Shown: in pieces, positions 57,327-64,000 of the stretch | Layout: the number at the start of each line of letters is the position of its first letter | Numbering within the stretch: position 1 is the stretch's first letter | Source: Eledone cirrhosa | Taxonomy: Eukaryota | Reading direction: 5' to 3' | DNA: 64,000 bases | Assembly (NCBI GenBank): GCA_964016885.1 | Contig: OZ024741.1 | Span: forward strand, 282,224,001 to 282,288,000 | Notes under the pieces: generated by a model | Told to the model about the DNA's origin: nothing | The model's input: the letters and a program-made list of their open reading frames with translations, nothing else | Database searches by the model: none | Made by a program: the position numbers and the translations under genes

Positions 57327-57882
57327 AGGTAACTATAGTAGGTAAAGTCAATTTTTAAAAATTTATTTTGAAACTTTTTCATTATTTACTAAACCTTGTT
57401 TATATTTGTTCTGGCTCGTTAATTTATTAACCCGCCATTGAACCACACTGGCATTTGGTTGGACAATACATGCGTACCTTGGCTCCTTGTGCGTGAAGGA
57501 ACGTATTTCCTATTACTACTACCTCCACTAACGTTGAGAACAAATTTGGTCGTCCTGACTGCTGCTAACAATAGCTGTGGCTAGTTTGACCTACCTCCTT
57601 TTGCCTCTATCTTTGCTACGGCCCTTGATAAACCTGTTCTACATCATCCACTCTCATCCCAGGAACAGTTTTTGATAGCGCTAGTTTGTGATTTAAATTC
57701 AGGAATTTTATATTCTTTGAATGAAAAGAACCTTCTGACGAGAATCTTTCTTTGCAACGAAGGCCGTATGGTCTCCGTTTTATTTTTGGGATTCGAAACC
57801 GATCGGTAAAGGTAACTATAGTAGGTAAAGTCAATTTTTTAAAATTTAATTTGAAACTTTTTCATTATTTACTAAACCTTGT
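57327..57882 (+). mobile_element. Retrozyme-like non-coding element: 483-bp unit plus 73-bp terminal direct repeat
   Basis: 57327-57399 equals 57810-57882 (2 mismatches); an HHR ends exactly at the second repeat. Confidence 0.75.
57730..57813 (+). ncRNA. Type-I hammerhead with branched or extended stem II
   Basis: acctt CTGACGA gaatc [43 nt] gattc GAAA ccgatcgg TA aaggt; all core nucleotides canonical, GUA cleavage after 57808. Confidence 0.88.
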
Positions 57883-57883
57883 G

Positions 57884-57917
<34 letters not shown>

Positions 57918-58233
57918 TACATACATGTATATATATTCAACCATCCTCTTACGGAATCACCTATATAACTCACCCACACACCCCAAACAATTTTTTTCTC
58001 CACACGCCACCTACACCCACAACACGCTTAAACCCCACACACACATGCTTTCCACCACATATTTACACCCTCAGCCTCCTGATTCCTCTCCCCCCACCCC
58101 TCTATCCACACACGCACAGACACTCCGACCTACCCCCCCACCCCACCCCTCTATCCACACACGCACAGACACTCCGAGCTACCCCCCCCCCCCTCTTCCT
58201 GAACATGCAACCCCGTTCTTCCCCCAACCCTTA

Positions 58234-58264
<31 letters not shown>

Positions 58265-58550
58265 GTACACCTACACACCACCTTCAGCCCTCCCCGCTCG
58301 GACACCCGCCTCCCTCTCCCCACTCCACCCGCCACCACCCCTACACACCCCACACCCTTCCACCACCTGTTTTACCCCCCTTTTAATTTCAGTTTATTTT
58401 GATCATGCTTTTATATTTAATTTTATTTCATTCCTTGTATTTTGATCATGCTTTATTTTTATTTTTAATTTCATTCGCACCGTTTCCTTTCGCTATATGT
58501 CTCTCCACCACTCCCCTACACACCCTTTGAACTCTGTTCCCACACACTTC

Positions 58551-58585
58551 TCACCTGAGGAAGGGCTTATGCCCGAAACGTCGTT
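58551..58585 (+). ncRNA. Hammerhead core with weak stem I in a C-rich pLTR-like insert (about 57937-58672)
   Basis: cac CTGAGGA a gggc ttat gccc GAAA cg TC gt; palindromic ACGT stem III; AATAAA at 58621. Confidence 0.6.
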
Positions 58586-58740
58586 CCCCACCACCACCCC
58601 ACTCTCCAGAGCGTGAAATTAATAAACATTCGTTGTACTGCCTCTCTGTTTTGTTCCTGTTCAAATTTTTCCATTATATATATATATATACATGTATATA
58701 TATATATATATACATGTATATATATATATATATATACATG

Positions 58741-58819
<79 letters not shown>

Positions 58820-58829
58820 ATGCATGTAT

Positions 58830-58871
<42 letters not shown>

Positions 58872-58920
58872 GTATATATATATATATCTTTGCTCCCAAA
58901 TAAAAGATATATATATATAT

Positions 58921-58999
<79 letters not shown>

Positions 59000-59003
59000 C
59001 ACA

Positions 59004-59586
59004 CAAAGATTGGGAATACAGCAAAGATTGGGAATACGGAGGATGATGTGGTTGAGAGGAAGAGCAAGGCCTGGGCGGCGTGCCACAGCTTGAGATCAGT
59101 GTGGAAGTCGGACCTTCGTAGAGACCTGAAAATCCGCCTCTTCATTGCTGTAGTGGAGTCTGTGCTGCTGTATGGGTCTGAGACTTGGAAACTGACCAAG
59201 AAACTCACTCAGATAGTGGATGGGTGCTACACGAGAATGCTGAGGATGGCTCTGAACATTAATCAGTATACACTGAGGATGAAAAACTCAGAGCTGTATG
59301 GGAGCATCCCAAAAGTCAGCTCAAAAGTGACACAGAGGAGACTGAGGTTAGCTGGAAATGCTCACCGACACCCAGAGTTGACATTGCACTCAGTGCTCCT
59401 TTGGGAGCCCCTACATGGACACACTAGAAGAGGAAGACCAAGGTTAACGTATGTTGATGCCCTAAGGACAGACACTGGTCTGTTGGAGACGCAGGACATG
59501 GCAGCGATAATGAGGGACAGAGACCGCTGGAGAGAACTCGTCCATGGATCTCGGGAATTTTACCCGCCTTAGATAGATAGATGGAT
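59004..59586 (+). mobile_element. 3' fragment of a different RTE-group LINE with (TAGA)n tail
   Basis: [40 protein letters not shown]; stop 59570-59572; 15-bp duplication caaagattgggaata at the 5' junction; (TA)n flanks. Confidence 0.88.
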
Positions 59587-59600
59587 ATATATATATATAC

Positions 59601-59843
59601 AGAGAATTAGTATATCTATCAACATATGTATACAGATGTATACCCATGCTAGCAAATATATATGTTATGTCTTAGTACCTTTGTGGTTCTATGCAGGACA
59701 ATTATATGAAAGACGTTACGTCTTTCATATAATTGTTCTGCATCCCCCTGAATAGAACCACAAAGGTACTAAGACATAACATATATATTTGCTAGCATGG
59801 GTATACACCTGTATACATATGTTGGTAGATATACTAATTCTCT
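59601..59843. repeat. Near-perfect 243-bp foldback
   Basis: Outer arms 59601-59692 / 59752-59843; inner palindrome 59691-59743 centred on 59717. Confidence 0.95.
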
Positions 59844-60285
59844 ATATTTATCTCCAAATTATTTGTCGAGCAAAACTTGCCAAAATTTACTGCTATGGTT
59901 CATGGTAGTAGTTAGGCTCTTGTCATAATACCACCCCACTCCTCACTGATTAACCTCAGTGTCACGTGATTGATTCTTTAGAATTTTCCACTGACCAAGT
60001 AGGCAGTGAATTTTTTCAGTGCCCTGGAATTTAGTCCCCGCTAGCTTTATTCCATCCACTGAATTATTATTTTTATATGGGTTCCTAGTGTCCGTGCATT
60101 GTCTGGGAACTTAGCTGAGAATAGACTGCCTGATGACGTAAGGACTTCTCTATAGTTACGTTACGTAACTATATTTATTCCCTTACAGAAACTAATTAGT
60201 TGGAGTGAAAATTCTAGTAAGTTGATTTTTAATTTTTCAAATTTTCTTATTTTACGTCTTTCATATATATATACATGTATATATA

Positions 60286-60450
<165 letters not shown>

Positions 60451-61329
60451 TTACATATATATGTATATATATATATATGCATATATATATATATATATGC
60501 ATATATATATATATGTATATGTATATATATATGTATATATGTGTGTGTGTGTGTGTTGGTGTGTGCATCATTTAAACAAACAACTTTGTCACATACGATG
60601 TCATGCCATTTCTAAATGTGATTTACATTAAGGGTACACGTGTCTGTGAAAGATACTCAGCTATGAACATGTCAATTTGATGAACAGGTCATTCAGTTGA
60701 TCAAACAGCTGAATGGATAGTGAGAGAGAGAGAAGTGAAGAGAGAAAGAAGGAAAGAGTACTAGTGTTAAATTCAATATAAATTTATTAAATGAGATAAA
60801 CTTAAACTGATAACAACAACAATAGTGGTAATGACAACAGTAATAGTAGCAGTAGTGGTAATGATGGTAACAACAACAGGAGAAGTAGTGGTAATGACAA
60901 CAACAGTAGCAGCTCCTACAATATTGATTATGCAAAATTAAATAGATTTGCAATGGCTTCTGTTGTCATGAATAGAAACTTGATAAGGCTAACAACCTCA
61001 GTGATAAACAGTCACTGCCATTACCATATGATGCAAATGTGCTTATAATCAAATATCTCTCTCTCTATATATATATACACTCTTTAACAAACAACAACAG
61101 CAGCAGCAAAATGAACAAGGAAACCCAAATGAAAGATAGAAATGACTGAAGCTGATTTGGCAGTTTTTGAAGCTTATTTCTATATTTTATTCAAGTCTTG
61201 TATAAACATGCTTCTACTTTTCACTTTAAAATATATTTATCTTGCGATGATATATGATTTATTTCAATAGCTCTAGAAATATCCTTAGTCAACCTGAAGA
61301 CTGATTTCTTCAACTTTACAACAGAGCTA

Positions 61330-61715
61330 TTAATTTAAATCGGAAGTAAATGATGATCATTAATGCAGCCATGGCAAAGTCTTTCCACAATTCCCGATTT
61401 TTCATTGCTTCTAGCAACTGCTCCTTACTGAGGTTTGGATTGTCTGAGAGGTGATCAATGGAAGTTTGGGCAGGTCCTCCTCTACTCTAACTCCCATGAG
61501 TTGGTTCCCACAATAATAGCTTGTGTACAATTTCTTACTTACTTCTCCATCAATGTCCTGCAAATTATAACTGTCTTTGAGCAATTGTAGTTGTTATCTT
61601 GGAAACTTCCCATATAAACTTTTATTTGTAATACATTGATGCCAGTTTATGTTTTGTATAAACCTAAGCATTTTAGAGCATGCACCATCTAGTTTCTTTA
61701 GCACCATTTCTTCAA
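61330..61715 (-). pseudogene. Old relic related to the 59004 LINE family
   Basis: KKLDGACSKMLR..NINW..FAGH*WRSK..KLLLWEPTHG..RGGP. Confidence 0.7.
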
Positions 61716-62633
61716 AGATCCTCAGATAATATTTTACCGTGATTTGTTAGTTCGTTCCTCCCAGCCCTTATGGAGCCAAGGATGATGAGAGAGAGATCTC
61801 TACTCAACACTGTCACAAGCCCTGTCAAGAGCATGATCCTTGATTAAACCAGACCGATGTCTGTCTGGTCCACATCCAGTCTTCAATTAGGTCTTAACAG
61901 ATCTATGTGTGAATAGGCAAGTCAGATAACCATATCTTGCTCATAATTCCATATTTGAAACTTCTATGCCTCTCTCATACACCAAATCTCTCTTGCTTTT
62001 TCTTTCACATATACCTTTTCTTTATATCTCTCTTATTATATATCAAATATTTGATAGGAAGGAATTCTATTTGCTGAGCTGACAGCATTTTTAATAAAGT
62101 TCTTGCAAATAAACTTTATTACATTTTAAAAATCAATACATGACTATTAGTTGGGGGGGGGGGGGGGGGGCTGGGCTGGAAGAATGGACTGTCCCATGAC
62201 ATTTGCAGGCCCTTAACATGGACATCATAGTTGAGGTTTTTCATAATTTTATTATGTCTTGCTTTCTGTAGTAAATAATAATTTGAATATATATATATAT
62301 AATGAAATATATGGAGAATAGAAATGGCTGTGTAGTTGCTATTTAAGGTAACTTAAAATGCAGTGGGAATACGAAGAAAGCAAGAACAGGTGAGGGGGGT
62401 CCTCATCAGTTGTCTACTGGGGTCTAGGATATTTCTACGCTTTAAAGACAAGATACCACTTCACCCCAGGGCGTCAATAACTGGATAAGTTATTGGGAAA
62501 ACGAAGGAAGGAGGGAAGGAAAGCAAAGGGGAAGAAAAGAGAAACAATAACAAAACAGCGAAAAAAACACAAACCGAGCAATGTGCGAGCAACTATAGGT
62601 AGGAAATCCAAGACCACTCGATAAAAGAACTTA

Positions 62634-62634
<1 letters not shown>

Positions 62635-62711
<77 letters not shown>

Positions 62712-62712
62712 G
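62635..62712. repeat. (GA)n microsatellite
   Basis: Directly visible. Confidence 0.97.
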
Positions 62713-64000
62713 GGGGGCAGGCTGAATAGTTGGACTGAACTGGTACTCAATCTATTAGCCTTGAAAGTTTGAAAGCAAAGTGGACCTTGGTGGGATTTGA
62801 CCTCTGAGCTAAGTGAGCTGGATCAAATACTGAGTCATTTAACTCAACACTCTAATGATTCTGCCAATTCACCACCCTAGTAAGGAAATAATACTCAAGG
62901 GTTGTAGTCGTTTTGTAATTATGGGTTATTTAAAAGGGTATAAATGACACCAAGAAATCTCACCATTTGCAAATCCTTTATTGTCTCATGTTGAATAATA
63001 ATTGTTTCTACTTTTGGCACAAGGCCAGCAATTACCCAGTACATTACTGGTACTTTATTTTATCGACCCCGTAAGAATGAAAGGCAAAGTTGACCTCGGC
63101 GGGATTTGAACTCAGAATAGAAAGGGCTGTAACTCTATACGTCAAAGCATGACGTCCAACCCTCTACCGATACTGCCAATCGACCACCCTCTCATGTTGA
63201 ATAATAATGATTTCTAATTTAGGCACATGACCAACAATTTTTGAGGAGAAGAAAGACAATTACATCAACTTCAGTACGTAACTGGTACTTTATTTTATCA
63301 ACCTCAGAAGGAAGAAAAGCAAAGCTGACCATGCAGGATTTGAATTTAGAACATAAAGGGCTATAACTAAATGCCACAAGATATTTAGTCCAATGCCCTT
63401 CTCATGTTAATCATAATAAAATTCAGACATCTACATCATGTCTGAAAAGTTGGGTTATAATGGTTTTGAGCAGTGGTGACAAAACTGTGCACATTGGCAC
63501 ACTTGTGTACCATACCATCACATGTAATTAGGTGTGTTAGGAAAGAGCAAGACACTATTTCAAAAATAGTGAAATTCATAATAAAGTTTATATGTAATTG
63601 TCAAAGTGGGAAACAACTAAACTAAGAATGAAAACATTGCCAAAAAACACCAAGTGTCTGTTTCTCATTGGTAACTTTATACAATTTATTGACTAAAGAA
63701 GAAAGTTCAAATAACTGTTCTGTATTTTTTATTTTCTAAATTTATTTCTACTTTATGTTGCTCTAACACATATAAACACCTTTTCAATAGTTTTTCGAAT
63801 TTAGATACAAAGTGTGCTAAAATATTTAATACATTTCCTAATATTTTTTTAAGTAGTGTGTAGTTTGAGGGATATTTTACTGTTATTTTCATCAGGTCAA
63901 ACAACCTTGCAGCAGCTCCCTAGTTGTCACCTGAGTCATGTATGTGGGATGACTGTGAAGTGATGGTGCAATTTGTAACAGGAAGCTTGCGATCCCTCAT

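Noticed and set aside
57620-57690. Second U3-A8-like motif inside the 483-bp unit (ttgataa...gata gcgc ta)
   Set aside because: GATA instead of GAAA and stem I does not pair.
57752-58402. Pro/His/Thr-rich 216-aa ORF
   Set aside because: Arises from C/A-rich low-complexity sequence and TA repeats.
63707-63904. Possible host exon (65-aa ORF)
   Set aside because: AT-rich with no recognisable domain or supported splice structure.

Overview
AT-rich, repeat-saturated eukaryotic DNA with no host protein-coding exon that I can support. It looks intronic or intergenic. The SINE, RTE-LINE and (TA)n content resembles a cephalopod/octopus-type genome (inference). Contents: six young 5'-truncated copies of one RTE-clade LINE (RT with an embedded PHD finger, (GAT)n tail), nearly all set in (TA)n tracts; a near-intact DD37D (maT) Tc1/mariner element; a full-length but frameshifted Chapaev3-type DNA transposon (TTA TSD); three Penelope-like (PLE) GIY-YIG fragments; CR1, CRE, Vingi-like and Tigger relics; several SINE and MITE families; a 37-bp minisatellite; very long (TA)n arrays; and a 200-N gap. 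The main signal is invisible to the ORF track: about a dozen type-I hammerhead ribozyme (HHR) motifs from several unrelated sequence families, six of them between 51.2 and 58.6 kb. They include a 483-bp retrozyme-like unit whose terminal direct repeat starts at the predicted cleavage site, and two or three HHRs with the compensatory U3-A8 core (UUGANAA) instead of C3-G8. All structures were folded by eye and none has been tested computationally or experimentally.
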